A stretch of DNA of 64,000 nucleotides from an uncultured Candidatus Binatia bacterium (GCA_965213675.1 OZ243916.1:3488001-3552000), one strand, 5' to 3'. Positions 32,582-43,114 are shown, counted from the stretch's first letter. Program-made: numbers and translations. Notes: generated by a model not told the origin, from the letters alone.

Positions 32582-34267
32582 GTGAGGGTCGATCAAGAGA
32601 GCCGCAGAATGTCGGGTGGCTACGCCGTGGCGTGGTCCTTGCGCAACGAGGGCGTGCGCCACGCCTTCTCCGTGCCGGGCGAGAGCTATATCGCCCTGCT
32701 GGACGGACTCCGGGACATCCCGGAGATCATGCTGATCACCAACCGCCACGAGGGCAGCGCCTGCCTCATGGCCGAGGCCTACGGCAAGAGTACCCGTACG
32801 CCGGGCGTGTGCATCGTCACCCGCGGCCCCGGCGCCACCAACGCCAGCATCGGGGTGCACCTCGCCCGTTACGACTCCACGCCGCTGGTCCTGCTCATCG
32901 GCCAGGTGGCGCGGGCGCACCGGGGCAAGGAGGCCGGTCAGGAACTCGACTACACGCACTTCTTCGGCAGCATCGCCAAGTGGGTCATCGAGATCAATGA
33001 CCCGCGGGAAGTGCCGCGCATCATGGCCCGGGCGTTCCACGTGGCGCGGTCGGGCCGCCCGGGGCCGGTGGTGGTCTCGCTCCCCAGGGACATGCTGGAG
33101 GAGGAGGCGGACATCACTATGGTGGAGTCCTACCCCGCGGTGCGTCCCAGCCCCGATCCGGAGCTGGTCCGGGAAATGGTGGAACGGGTCAACCGGGCCG
33201 GGCGGCCGGTGCTGCTGGCAGGGTCCGGCGCCCAGTACGCGCGCGCCCGGGACGAACTGGTGGCCTTCGCCGAGAAGTTTCAGGTGCCGGTGCTGAGCGC
33301 TTTCAAGCGCCAGGACGCCTTTCCCAACACGCATCCCCACTATGCCGGCAACTTGGGAAGCCGCAAGAACCACTCGCGCCGGATCGTGGATGAAGACGCC
33401 GACCTGCTGGTCATCGTCGGCTGCCGGGTGAACCAGCAGGTGTCCGGCAACTACCGGTTGCCGCATCCGGGGCTCATGACCATCCAGATCGACGCCGACG
33501 CCGGCAACATCGGCCAGAACTTCATTCCGGACATGGCCGTGCTGGCGGACCCGCGCAAGGCCCTGTCGGCGGCGCTGGAGTGCGACGGCGCCGGTCCCGA
33601 TGAGGCGCGTGCCGCCTGGATCGCAGACTATCACGCTCAACAGCGGCGCTACGCCACCCCGCCCGAGCGCCCCACCGGCGCCGTCTCCATGGAACGGGTG
33701 ATGGCGGGCATCAAGGCCACCGTGCCGCCGGATACCATCCACACCCACGACGCCGGAAGCTTCGGCGGCTGGGTGCAGCGCTACATCGAGTTCGACCACG
33801 CCGATTCCTACATCGTCCCCAGCCTGGGCAGCATGGGTCCGGGCGTACCCGCCGCGGTGGCCGCCAGGCTGGCCCATCCCCACCGCACCGTCATCGCCCA
33901 CGTGGGCGACGGCGGCTTCCTCATGACCGGCCAGGAACTCGCCACCGCGCGCCAGTACGGCGTCAAGATCATCGTAATGGTGTACGCCAACGGCTCCTAC
34001 GGCACCATCCGCATGGACCAGGAGGCCCAGTACCCGGGCCGGAACTACGGCACCGATCTGGTCAACCCCGACTTCGCCGCCCTGGCCAACGGCTACGGCG
34101 TCCTGGGCCTCAAGGTCACCCGCGACGACGAGATCCTGCCCGCGCTCAAGCAGGCCCTTGCGGCCCCCGGCCCCGCCCTCATCGAGGTGCTGACGGATCT
34201 GGAGTACGTCTCCCCCACCACGACCCTGACCGAGGCCGCCGCCACGCGGAGCGTCGCGGCGACATGA
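32582..34267 (+). CDS. Thiamine-diphosphate-dependent enzyme (acetolactate synthase-like)
   Basis: VPGESY, RHEG, TRGPGATN, GDGGFLM...NGSYGTIR. Confidence 0.9.
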   Translation: MRVDQESRRMSGGYAVAWSLRNEGVRHAFSVPGESYIALLDGLRDIPEIMLITNRHEGSACLMAEAYGKSTRTPGVCIVTRGPGATNASIGVHLARYDSTPLVLLIGQVARAHRGKEAGQELDYTHFFGSIAKWVIEINDPREVPRIMARAFHVARSGRPGPVVVSLPRDMLEEEADITMVESYPAVRPSPDPELVREMVERVNRAGRPVLLAGSGAQYARARDELVAFAEKFQVPVLSAFKRQDAFPNTHPHYAGNLGSRKNHSRRIVDEDADLLVIVGCRVNQQVSGNYRLPHPGLMTIQIDADAGNIGQNFIPDMAVLADPRKALSAALECDGAGPDEARAAWIADYHAQQRRYATPPERPTGAVSMERVMAGIKATVPPDTIHTHDAGSFGGWVQRYIEFDHADSYIVPSLGSMGPGVPAAVAARLAHPHRTVIAHVGDGGFLMTGQELATARQYGVKIIVMVYANGSYGTIRMDQEAQYPGRNYGTDLVNPDFAALANGYGVLGLKVTRDDEILPALKQALAAPGPALIEVLTDLEYVSPTTTLTEAAATRSVAAT

Positions 34268-34328
34268 CGGCGCCGCCACTGCGAGTCAGGAGTCTGTCCG
34301 GGTAACCAACTCGTTGCGACATCCGAAC

Positions 34329-34354
34329 GTCATTCCCGCGGAAGCGGGAATTCA
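34329..34354 (+). repeat. REP-like palindromic repeat
   Basis: gtcattcccgcggaagcgggaattca. Confidence 0.7.
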
Positions 34355-34623
34355 GGGACGGGTGGCAAGCAGGCGGTCGAGTCCCAGATTGCGCAAGGCG
34401 CCGAGCACGGCAGCGAGTGGGGCTTGGAGCGGATGATGTCGAAGGCATCGTTGGGGTTCACCAAGGGTTGGGATCAAACTCGCTCAAACTTCAATTGAGT
34501 GAGGGATCGAAAGTTGTCATCCACAGCGGTAGGCTTGAAGCCGGCGAAGCCGATTGCCGTCCGATTTCATGACCGGTCGTGATTGCTGCGGACCTCTGAC
34601 ACAATCCGGGGGGGTGCGCCGAT

Positions 34624-35481
34624 ATGAGCAGTAGCCGCCATTCTGCCGGTGATCGGTTGGTTCACGCACTGTTCGCGTGCGTGCTGTTTCTCGCTGTCCT
34701 GGCCCTGTGGCGGCTCGCTCATGCGCAATCCTGCCTGGCTCTCGCATTCCCGGTAGTGGCTTTTCTCGTGGTTTTCTGGGGACTGTTGGAGTACAGGCGG
34801 GAACGGAAACGTTTCGCGGTCGACTACTACCTCGACCAGAGGTCGTCCCTGTGGCGCAGGCTCCAATCGTCGGGGCTGTCGGTGCTGATCAGTGTAGCGG
34901 CGGCATTGCCGTTGGCTGTGTTTCTGGTGGTCTTCGCGGCGATATCCCGACCCACCGATTGGCTCTTTTTCGGCGCTGCGACGGTGGCCGCGCCGTTCCT
35001 GTTCTACGCTCTGTCGACTTGGCCGGGACGTCACTTCAGGCAACGCGGGGACGAGGAAAATGGAGGAGTAGCGGTGGCGGACGTGCTGGCCGTGCGCATG
35101 GCTGGACGGTTGCTTTTGGCTGCGCTTTCAATCGCATATATCTACACGAGCTATTACCTTATCCTCGGGCCGGGCGAAGACATCTTCCCCGATTCGCTCG
35201 AACTGACCATTAAGGCGTTCTCGCGGAATGCGGGTTCAATGTGCTCCGTCGTGGATGGCACGCTGCGTTTGGCGACCCAAATCGACGGGCTGTCCTGGTA
35301 CTTCGTCACCACTGCGACGAGCACTGCGGAGAGGACGCCTTGGATTCACGACAGGATCCCGCTGCTCTTGTGGGTCGGCTTCTTTCTGAAAATGGCGATG
35401 GTGTTCGGTAGTTTCGTCCGCGGGCTCGAGGGATCTATTTTTCTGGCGTTGCGGCTGGGCCAACAGTTTAGGAGAGGATGA
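34624..35481 (+). CDS. Hypothetical multi-pass membrane protein
   Basis: 285-aa ORF with about 6 hydrophobic segments; ATGA overlap with the next ORF; codon usage visibly less GC3-biased than flanking genes. Confidence 0.7.
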   Translation: MSSSRHSAGDRLVHALFACVLFLAVLALWRLAHAQSCLALAFPVVAFLVVFWGLLEYRRERKRFAVDYYLDQRSSLWRRLQSSGLSVLISVAAALPLAVFLVVFAAISRPTDWLFFGAATVAAPFLFYALSTWPGRHFRQRGDEENGGVAVADVLAVRMAGRLLLAALSIAYIYTSYYLILGPGEDIFPDSLELTIKAFSRNAGSMCSVVDGTLRLATQIDGLSWYFVTTATSTAERTPWIHDRIPLLLWVGFFLKMAMVFGSFVRGLEGSIFLALRLGQQFRRG

Positions 35482-36593
35482 GAATGTCTATTCAGAAGGG
35501 TGGTGAGAGTCGGAACTCCTCCGAAGACAAGCACCGGCCAGCGAACACTCCAGATGTAGCGAAGGCTGCAACTTCGGGTCGGGCGGGCGCGATGACATGG
35601 GCCTACCGGACGATTCTCACCTTGCTATCGGCTACGCTCCTTTTTTCGATCCTGGCGATGGTGCTTCAGCCTCGACCGCAGAACCCTCCCCAACTCCCTG
35701 CGGACGTCAACTCTGACGAGGTGGCGTCTTTCAAGGGTGACCATTGGCTGAAGCAGCATGCGGACCGGCGGTGGATACAGGGTCGGGAACGCTTGAGCCG
35801 GGAACCGTGGCCCGAGACGAACCAAGCCATCGAGGAACGGATCGACATGGCCTTTGTTCCGGTTTACGAGTCTATTCCAGGGTTTCTGGACCGGCACTAC
35901 TCGTGGAGAGGACAATATGGGGAACTCGCCCAGAAGTTGCTCGGAACACTGGAAGAGGAGATCGAAGCACGGTTGTACGCAGGGTTTACGGAACGCCTCG
36001 TGACAGCTGAAAAAGCCGTCGTCGGGGTCATGAACAAGGAAATGCGTACAAAGATCGAGGATTGGATCCGCCGCGAGCCCGATACGGCCCCACCGGGATT
36101 GAAGTTGACTTACAAGCATATGTTGGAAATGAGAGTCGCGGACACGGTCGAGAGACTCTCGGTATCCGCCCTCCCTACAGCCGCCGGGGCAACTGTCGTG
36201 GGCACCGGCGGCGCCGTCGCAGGGGCGGTCGGAGCGAAGGTGGTCGCCAAGAACATGGCGTCTGCTACCTTGAAGACGTTGGGAAAGGTGGGCAGCGGAT
36301 ACTTTGCTAAAAGCGCCGGAGTGGCTACCGGTGCTGCCATGGGTTCGGTACTGGGACCCATCGGCACCGTGGTCGGCGGCGTATTCGGCGGCTTGGCGGC
36401 GTGGCTAGCCATCGACGTTGCTGTCGTGAACACTGCGGAGTATTTTACGCGGGAAGACCTCAAACGGCGGCTCATCGAACTGGTTGACGAGCACAAGAAA
36501 GGAGTGAAGTCGGATTTCTCGAAAGCCTTTGCCGAAAGGAAACTTGAAGCGCTGGGTCCGTTCACTCCCTCCGAACTGAGGAGCCGCCAGTGA
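35478..36593 (+). CDS. Hypothetical membrane-anchored helical protein with glycine-zipper region
   Basis: N-terminal TM; GAAMGSVLGPIGTVVGGVFGG GxxxG repeats. Confidence 0.7.
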   Translation: MRMSIQKGGESRNSSEDKHRPANTPDVAKAATSGRAGAMTWAYRTILTLLSATLLFSILAMVLQPRPQNPPQLPADVNSDEVASFKGDHWLKQHADRRWIQGRERLSREPWPETNQAIEERIDMAFVPVYESIPGFLDRHYSWRGQYGELAQKLLGTLEEEIEARLYAGFTERLVTAEKAVVGVMNKEMRTKIEDWIRREPDTAPPGLKLTYKHMLEMRVADTVERLSVSALPTAAGATVVGTGGAVAGAVGAKVVAKNMASATLKTLGKVGSGYFAKSAGVATGAAMGSVLGPIGTVVGGVFGGLAAWLAIDVAVVNTAEYFTREDLKRRLIELVDEHKKGVKSDFSKAFAERKLEALGPFTPSELRSRQ

Positions 36594-36846
36594 CGCGAAG
36601 CGGCTGGCTTCAGACGAAACAGGGCATCGAATGGGCCGCACCTACTCGCTCCAACGCGGTGTGGGAGACGGGCTGCACGGATGGTGCGCTGCGCGAGGAA
36701 GAGCAATTTCGCCGACGGATGCGATCATCACTCGGCGAAACCCAATTCCATCCAATCGTGTGTCGGCCACAAGCCGACATGGAAGACTGATGCGACAATA
36801 AACGCATATCCAGTGAAATCACCAAGTTACAATCGGACCCCACCCC

Positions 36847-36872
36847 TGGATTCCCGCTTTCGCGGGAACGAC
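36847..36872 (-). repeat. REP-like palindromic repeat (reverse orientation)
   Basis: Reverse complement reads gtcgttcccgcgaaagcgggaatcca. Confidence 0.7.
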
Positions 36873-37033
36873 GATTCGGGGGGTACGGGATATCATCCGA
36901 GGGGATGCAATTTTCACGCCTTCGCATGTCGGCTCGAAACCGACATGGACGACTCCCGCGAAACCGGCATCTTCAGGCGTCATCGCGGACTTGATCCGGG
37001 GTGACGCCTGGGTGGCGAGATGGACGCCTCGCC

Positions 37034-37945
37034 TCACTCCCGGTTCAGTTCCGCGACGTAGTCCCGCAGACCCGCCTCGAGCTTGTACTCCGGCGCGTAG
37101 CCCAGTTCGTTCCCTGCCCGGGTGATGTCCATCCGGGGCCGCGCCGGCGTGAGCGTGCCCCGGCTGAGGCGGATGTCCGGGAAGATCGCGTGGAGCGCGG
37201 CCTCCACGTCCTCCACGGTGGTAAGTGTGCCGCTGCCCAGGTTGTAGACGTCGTGGGAGAGCGGCGCGGCGTGCGCCGCTCGAGCGATGCCGTCGGCGAG
37301 GTCCTTCACGTAGACGAAGTCCACGGTCTCGTAGGCGTTCAGCACCGCCGCCTCCCCGGCCATGGCCGCCCAGACCGCCGCCTGCACCGCCACCCCCGGG
37401 CCTCCGGCCACCGCCCGGTATCCGTACACCCCGGCGAAACGCAACAGCACCAGCTCGAAGGCCCGCTTGGCGGCAAAGGTCCTGAGCACATGCTCGCACG
37501 CCACCTTCGAGGAGTTGTACACGCGGCCGCGGCCGTCCTGCGGCGAGTCTTCCCGCAGCAACTCTCCGGGGTCGGCGTCCTGATACACCGCCTGGGTGCT
37601 GGCATGCACCAGGCGGCGCACCCCGGCAAGCCGAACCGCTTCCGCCACGTTCAGGGTGGCCACCAGATTGACCTGGAACCCGGCGTAGAGGTTGGGGATA
37701 TTGGACTCCCCGACGGACGCCGCCAGGTGAATGACGCACTCGGGCTTGACCGTCAGAAAAGCGTCCACCAACGCCGCCAGATCGCAGATGTCGCCGCGGA
37801 TCAGCGGCAGATCCCTGCCGGTGACATGCCGGACATAGTCCGGCTTCGGCACCACGTCGAAAAACGTGACTTCATCGCCGCGCACGCTCAGGTCGGCGGC
37901 CACGTGGGAGCCGATCAGGCCGGCTCCGGTAATCAACACACGCAT
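37034..37945 (-). CDS. NAD-dependent epimerase/dehydratase (extended SDR)
   Basis: [21 protein letters not shown]; SD AAAGGAG. Confidence 0.9.
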   Translation of the reverse strand: MRVLITGAGLIGSHVAADLSVRGDEVTFFDVVPKPDYVRHVTGRDLPLIRGDICDLAALVDAFLTVKPECVIHLAASVGESNIPNLYAGFQVNLVATLNVAEAVRLAGVRRLVHASTQAVYQDADPGELLREDSPQDGRGRVYNSSKVACEHVLRTFAAKRAFELVLLRFAGVYGYRAVAGGPGVAVQAAVWAAMAGEAAVLNAYETVDFVYVKDLADGIARAAHAAPLSHDVYNLGSGTLTTVEDVEAALHAIFPDIRLSRGTLTPARPRMDITRAGNELGYAPEYKLEAGLRDYVAELNRE

Positions 37946-38143
37946 GTTGTCTCCTTTTCGTGCGGGCTTTGCTTCACGGGTGTCTTGTACCCGCCTTTCT
38001 CCGTTGCGCCTCTCGATTCCATCCTTCCCCGCCGTGCGAAACTCCCGCGGCAGGAGCCCGTTCACGGGACACGACCGCAAGGCATGGGGACGAAACTACC
38101 AAAGGACGGGCGGTGGCGTCCATTTGCGCGCCGCTCGGCAGCG

Positions 38144-38307
38144 CTAGAGTGGTGTCAGTTAATTCGCGTCATAATGTGCGGAGGATATTTTGTTGTCGGC
38201 AAGGCGCGATGACGAGCAGTGGCGTGTACCACGCGAGGACGAGCAACGCAGCCGACGGCGAAAAAGACCCGCAGATTATGACGCGAATTATCCAGACACC
38301 ACACTAG
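38144..38307. mobile_element. MITE-like palindromic element, copy 2
   Basis: Near-identical to 12444-12608 with a few substitutions and a 1-bp deletion; CTAG at both ends. Confidence 0.85.
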
Positions 38308-38354
38308 GAAAGGCCTCGCTTCCCATGACGCGCGAACCCTGCTACCCGTGACGG

Positions 38355-39647
38355 GTGGTTACAGGCGGATCAGCGCGTCGCGCCGGTGTATCGAGACGGA
38401 TCTACTATGGCTGGTACATCGTCGCGGTGGGATTCATCGCCAACGTCGCCTCATCCTTCGCCCTCGCCAGCACCCTGAGCATCTTTCTCAAACCCATGAC
38501 CGCGGACCTGGGCGTGTCTCGCGGAGTATTCTCCCTGCTGCGATCAGGGGAGGGACTCATCGGCGCCTTCATGGCGCCCTTCGTCGGTGCGCTGGTGGAC
38601 CGCCACGGCAGCCGCTGGCTCATCACCTCGGGCGCGCTGGTAGCGGCGGCGGGCTACCTTGTCCTGAGCCAGGTGGATGTCTTCTGGCAGTTCCTGGCAG
38701 TGCGCTGGACCCTGGTCACCCTCGGGGACGGTCTCCTCGGCTACATGGTGGTCAACGTCATGGTCTCCCGCTGGTTCGTCCAGAAGCGTGGCCGCGCTCT
38801 TGCGTTCTCCAGCATGGGCATCGGCTTCGCCAAGATCATCATGCCGTTCCTTGTGGCGCCGCTCCTGATCTGGCTGGGCTGGCGGCACACCTGGGGGCTT
38901 TTCGGCATCCTGACGGTGGCGCTGCTGGTAGCGCCGGCGGTGATCTACATTCGGCGCTCGCCCGAGGACATGGGCCTCAATCCCGACGGCGCGCCAAACG
39001 TGACCACGGAGGAGGGGAAGGCGCAGGCCGCGGCGACGCAGCCCGCCAGCGAGGCCCGGGTGTGGAGCCGCCGGGCGGGTCTGCGCACACGGGCCTTCTG
39101 GCTGATCGTGGCGGTCTTCGGCGTGTCGTCGGTTGGCGTCACTGGTGTCAACCTGCACGTGTTCCCCTACGTCACCGACCTGGGCCACTCCCACGGGGTC
39201 GCGGCCGGCGTCATGAGCGTCATCGCCCTCACCCAGCTCGGCTCCCCCCTGGTATGGGGGCTGGTGGCCGAGCGCATGGACGTACGCTGGACCACGCTCT
39301 TCAAGTTCTTCATCCAGGCGGCAGGTCTCACGCTGGGCATCACCTCCGGATCGTTGACGCTCGTCTACGTCGGCTTCTTCTTTTACGGGGTGGGTCTCGG
39401 TGGTAACATGGTCCTGCCTGACATGATGTGGGCGCGTTTTTTCGGACGCGTGTCCATGGGGCGCATCCGCGGACTCGGGCTCTTGCTCATCCACGGATTC
39501 GCGGCCCTGGGACCGCCATTCTTCGGCTTTCTTTTCGACTGGATGGGCAGCTATACGGTTTCATTCGCGCTGTTCGCGGTGTCGCTGGTGTTCTCCGGGT
39601 TCCTGAGCCTGTTCATCATCGCCCCGCCGCCGGCGGATACCGCGTAA
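38355..39647 (+). CDS. MFS transporter
   Basis: YYGWYIV, GALVDRHGSR (motif A), SRWFVQKRGRA; about 12 TM helices. Confidence 0.92.
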   Translation: MVTGGSARRAGVSRRIYYGWYIVAVGFIANVASSFALASTLSIFLKPMTADLGVSRGVFSLLRSGEGLIGAFMAPFVGALVDRHGSRWLITSGALVAAAGYLVLSQVDVFWQFLAVRWTLVTLGDGLLGYMVVNVMVSRWFVQKRGRALAFSSMGIGFAKIIMPFLVAPLLIWLGWRHTWGLFGILTVALLVAPAVIYIRRSPEDMGLNPDGAPNVTTEEGKAQAAATQPASEARVWSRRAGLRTRAFWLIVAVFGVSSVGVTGVNLHVFPYVTDLGHSHGVAAGVMSVIALTQLGSPLVWGLVAERMDVRWTTLFKFFIQAAGLTLGITSGSLTLVYVGFFFYGVGLGGNMVLPDMMWARFFGRVSMGRIRGLGLLLIHGFAALGPPFFGFLFDWMGSYTVSFALFAVSLVFSGFLSLFIIAPPPADTA

Positions 39648-39815
39648 GCGGCCCGGCAACGGACACGCGCGGGCGCGGGTCCGACGCGACGAGGCTGTCC
39701 GAGCAGTCGCGACTGCATTGCGCGGCATGGAGTGGGTCCGCGCAGGTTTGACCGGTGGTCGCCGCTACACCCACAGGCTGCCAGCAAAGCCCCAACCACC
39801 CGCGGGAGCACGCTC

Positions 39816-40814
39816 ATGGTCATTGACGTTCACACCCACATCGTCCCCGAGAACTTCCCGGCGGTGGGCAACCGTCCCGCGGGCAACCACTGGCCGTTCA
39901 TGGACCACACAGGACCGGAAACGGCCAACGTGATGATTGCCGGACGGAACTTCCGCACCGTGCTGGATCGCTGCTGGTCGGCGCCGCGCCGCCTGCGGGA
40001 AATGGCCGCGCCCGATTACGCGGTGGACCGTCAGGTGCTGTCGCCCATGCCCGAGTTGCTCGCCTACCGCCTGGACCCGGAGGACGGGCGCGACCTGGCG
40101 CGCTACCTCAACGAGGTGTTGATGCGCATGGTGGACGCCGCGCCGGACCGCTTCTACGCGCTGGGGTCGGTGCCGCTCCAGGATGTGGCTCTGGCCGCCG
40201 CCGAGTTGGAGCGGGTCAAGTCCCTCGGCCTCCATGGCGTCGAGTTGCTCAGCAACGTCAACGGCAGAAGCCTGGGCGAACCCGAGTTTCTACCCTTCTT
40301 CAAGGCGGCCGAAGCGTTGGACGTGCCCATCTTCGTACACGCCCAGCACGTCACCTTCATGGACCGGGTGACCGGGCCGCGGTTCATCGAGAACATCGTG
40401 GCGTTCCCGCTGGAAGGCGCCCTGGGCATCGCCAGCATGGTCACCGGCGGCCTCATGGAAGCCTGTCCGCGGCTGCGGCTGTGCTTCAGCCACGGCGGCG
40501 GCACCTTCACCCAGCTCCTGCCGCGTCTGGAGAATGCGTGGCACAAGAACCCCAACTTCCACACGCTCATGCCCCGGAAGCCCTCCGAATACGCGCGCAT
40601 GTTCTTCTACGACGATATCTTCTTCGACAACCGCACGGTGCGCTACCTCATCGACACGGTGGGCGCGCGCCAGGTGGTCATCGGTTCCGACTACCCGTTT
40701 CAGTTCCGCGACCAGGCGCCAGACGATGAGTTCGACGAACTGCGGCTGACGGCGGAAGAGCGCGAGTGGGTCTCCTCGGCCAACTGCCTTCGGTTCCTGG
40801 GCTTGGCCGCGTGA
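39816..40814 (+). CDS. Amidohydrolase_2 family protein (ACMSD-like)
   Basis: IDVHTH, VPLQD, FVHA, SHGGG, GSDYPF. Confidence 0.88.
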   Translation: MVIDVHTHIVPENFPAVGNRPAGNHWPFMDHTGPETANVMIAGRNFRTVLDRCWSAPRRLREMAAPDYAVDRQVLSPMPELLAYRLDPEDGRDLARYLNEVLMRMVDAAPDRFYALGSVPLQDVALAAAELERVKSLGLHGVELLSNVNGRSLGEPEFLPFFKAAEALDVPIFVHAQHVTFMDRVTGPRFIENIVAFPLEGALGIASMVTGGLMEACPRLRLCFSHGGGTFTQLLPRLENAWHKNPNFHTLMPRKPSEYARMFFYDDIFFDNRTVRYLIDTVGARQVVIGSDYPFQFRDQAPDDEFDELRLTAEEREWVSSANCLRFLGLAA

Positions 40815-40976
40815 CCGTGGGGACCCAAGCTCGCGATACTCGGCGCGGAACGTTCGCAGGCGCTTCTTCCACGCCGCGCGATATTCCCGGCTTCTCCGGG
40901 TGAAGCGCCAAGCCCGCACACCGTCCCATCCGCCGCGCCATCGGTGCCCGCCGTGCCCCCTTCGTGAGTGCGTGTG

Positions 40977-41357
40977 CTATGCCAGCGCCACCACGTCGAC
41001 TTCCACCAGCGCCCCCTTTGGCAACCCCGCCACCGCTACGGTGGAGCGCGCCGGCTTGCGGGACCCCAGGCAGCTCTCGTAGATGGCGTTGACCGCGGCG
41101 AAATCCGCCATATCACTCAGGTAGATGGTGGTCTTCACGGCCTTGTCCCAGGAGGTCCCGGCCGCCTCAAGAACCGCGGTGACATTGGCCAGGACCTGGC
41201 GCGCCTGCTCTTCCACGCCCCCGGCCACGAGTTCGCCGGTTTCCGGCAACAGCGCGATCTGTCCCGACGCATACACGAAACCATTGGCCTTGACGGCCTG
41301 CTCGTAGGGCCCGATGGCGTCCGGGGCGTTATGGGTATGGATCACTTCGATGGACAT
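40977..41357 (-). CDS. RidA/YjgF family enamine deaminase
   Basis: APDAIGPYEQA, SGQI, KPARSTVAV, LPKGALVE. Confidence 0.93.
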   Translation of the reverse strand: MSIEVIHTHNAPDAIGPYEQAVKANGFVYASGQIALLPETGELVAGGVEEQARQVLANVTAVLEAAGTSWDKAVKTTIYLSDMADFAAVNAIYESCLGSRKPARSTVAVAGLPKGALVEVDVVALA

Positions 41358-41502
41358 GGGCGTCTCCTTGTTTGTCATTGTTGTTCTCCAGACTCTATGT
41401 GTTCCAAAACGGAAATGACCCCCGAAGAAAGAGGGAGTTTCACGGTCATCCTCAGCGCCCTCCGTTGATACGGCAAGCCACATCTGGTAAAGCGTCCAGC
41501 AT

Positions 41503-41712
41503 TTGCGAGTCCAGGGACGATTGCAAGGACACCGGAAGGACTTGAAGCCGATCCTTGACTTTTCCAACGCAGTTGCCGCATTCAGCGAAGATCAGGCTGA
41601 ACGGCTTGCCGAAGATGGCTATTCCGAGCCGCAGATTCTTGAAGTATACCCCAACCTCTCCCTCCAGGACGTAAGAGCCGCTCTTGTGCATGACCAATCC
41701 AAGGTAGCCTGA
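41503..41712 (+). pseudogene. DUF433-type antitoxin remnant
   Basis: GYSEPQILEVYPNLSLQDVRAAL matches the DUF433 C-terminus; the earlier part of the domain is missing; start uncertain. Confidence 0.6.
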
Positions 41713-41726
41713 CAGATGGGAGATAC

Positions 41727-42050
41727 GTGCGGTTCTTTGTTGACCAATGTGTTCCCGAGTCCGTCGCCCAGGTCTTGGAAGAATACCGCCATCCGGTACG
41801 GCGTCTACGCGACAACATCGCCCCCGATTCTCCAGTGTGGTGTCTGGTTAATTCGGGTCATAATCTGCGGAGGATTTTTTGTTGTCGGCAAGGCGCGATG
41901 ACGAGCAGTGGCGGGTACCACGCGAGGAAGAGCAACGCAGCCGACGGCGAAAAAGACCCGCAGATTATGACCCGAATTAACCAGACACCACACTAGATAC
42001 CCTGGTTGCTGCCGTAGCCGAAGCCAATGAAGCAATCCGAACCCACCAGC
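41727..42050 (+). pseudogene. DUF5615/PIN-like toxin interrupted by a MITE
   Basis: MRFFVDQCVPESV...APDSP | element | DTLVAAVAEANEAI rejoins in frame when the element is removed; 3' end uncertain. Confidence 0.7.
41832..41996. mobile_element. MITE-like palindromic element, copy 3
   Basis: Same element; left flank CCAG, right flank CTAG; paired substitutions in the two arms. Confidence 0.85.
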
Positions 42051-42139
42051 AGTGCACCTTGAACCGGTTACTGAAGATCTTCCCGATCCGCATTGCAAAC
42101 GCGGCGCGATGACGTTGGACTGGAGTCGGGTATCGAGCC

Positions 42140-42331
42140 ATGAAATTGATGACCGCCCACAAGATACTCATCGGGACGTCCATCGTCTTCTTCATCTATT
42201 TCAGCGGTTGGGAGTTGACGAACTTCTTCCGCGCTGGCGGGGGATGGGCGCTGGCCCGGAGCGTTCTGTATCTGGGAGTCGCTGGCGGTTTCGCCGTCTA
42301 CTTCAGGACCCTCAAGAACAAGGTGCTGTGA
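42140..42331 (+). CDS. Small two-TM membrane protein
   Basis: 63-aa ORF with two hydrophobic segments; abuts the HNH gene. Confidence 0.65.
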   Translation: MKLMTAHKILIGTSIVFFIYFSGWELTNFFRAGGGWALARSVLYLGVAGGFAVYFRTLKNKVL

Positions 42332-42332
42332 G

Positions 42333-42605
42333 ATGTCCAGCGACGCCGACGCTTTCCTGGTCCCGGTCACCGAGGATGAGATCCGGCGCGAGCGCCGAAA
42401 GGCGCGGGAACTGCGCAACACTCCTTGGTGGAAGAACCGCACCAGCCAAGGCGTGTGCGCCCACTGCGGTGGCCGCTTCCCGGCGCATGCGCTGACCATG
42501 GATCATCTCGTGCCCGTCATCCGAGGCGGCAAGACCACCAAGGGGAACGTCGTCCCCAGTTGCAAGCCCTGCAACACCGCTCGGAAGCACAGCCTGCCGT
42601 TCTGA
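42333..42605 (+). CDS. Small HNH endonuclease
   Basis: RERRKARELR..WWK, CAHC, TMDHLVPVIRGG, NVVPSCKPCN. Confidence 0.9.
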   Translation: MSSDADAFLVPVTEDEIRRERRKARELRNTPWWKNRTSQGVCAHCGGRFPAHALTMDHLVPVIRGGKTTKGNVVPSCKPCNTARKHSLPF

Positions 42606-42688
42606 GCCGTAAGGGCGCGGGCGGGGCGGGCCGGGAATCCCTGGTCCCGGTCCGGCAGCACAGGCCCCGCGGCGCGTTGGATGGACGG

Positions 42689-43114
42689 CTACTTCGGCGC
42701 GTAGTCGCTGCGCAGCCGCAACACCGTGGTGTCGCCGCCGAGGCCGTACTCATGAATGCTCGCAAAGATGTCGCGAACCCTCTCGCGCGCGAAGTACTTT
42801 CCCGCATCCGCCATGCTGTCGAATTCGAACTCGACCACACGTTGGGGCGAGGAACTGAAGTAGCTGTCGTAGGCGGTAATGCGCCGCACTTCAGCCGGCG
42901 CCCGGAGGTCTTCGGCGACGCTTGCCACCCAGGCGATATACCGGTCCTTTCCCCCCACGGGATAGCTCAATGTGAACACGTACTTGATCGATGGCCGGCT
43001 CTGCTGCGCTTCCTGCCCGTGGACCCGCGCTGTCTCCGGCAGCCACGGGTGCGCCAAAAGAGCCAGTGCGAGCACACCGGCCATGGCGCCGGCGAACCTG
43101 AGTGTGCGTTTCAT
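42689..43114 (-). CDS. Hypothetical exported protein, possible dimeric alpha/beta barrel
   Basis: Signal-peptide-like N-terminus; VVEFEFDSMADA pattern; SD AAAGGA. Confidence 0.65.
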   Translation of the reverse strand: MKRTLRFAGAMAGVLALALLAHPWLPETARVHGQEAQQSRPSIKYVFTLSYPVGGKDRYIAWVASVAEDLRAPAEVRRITAYDSYFSSSPQRVVEFEFDSMADAGKYFARERVRDIFASIHEYGLGGDTTVLRLRSDYAPK

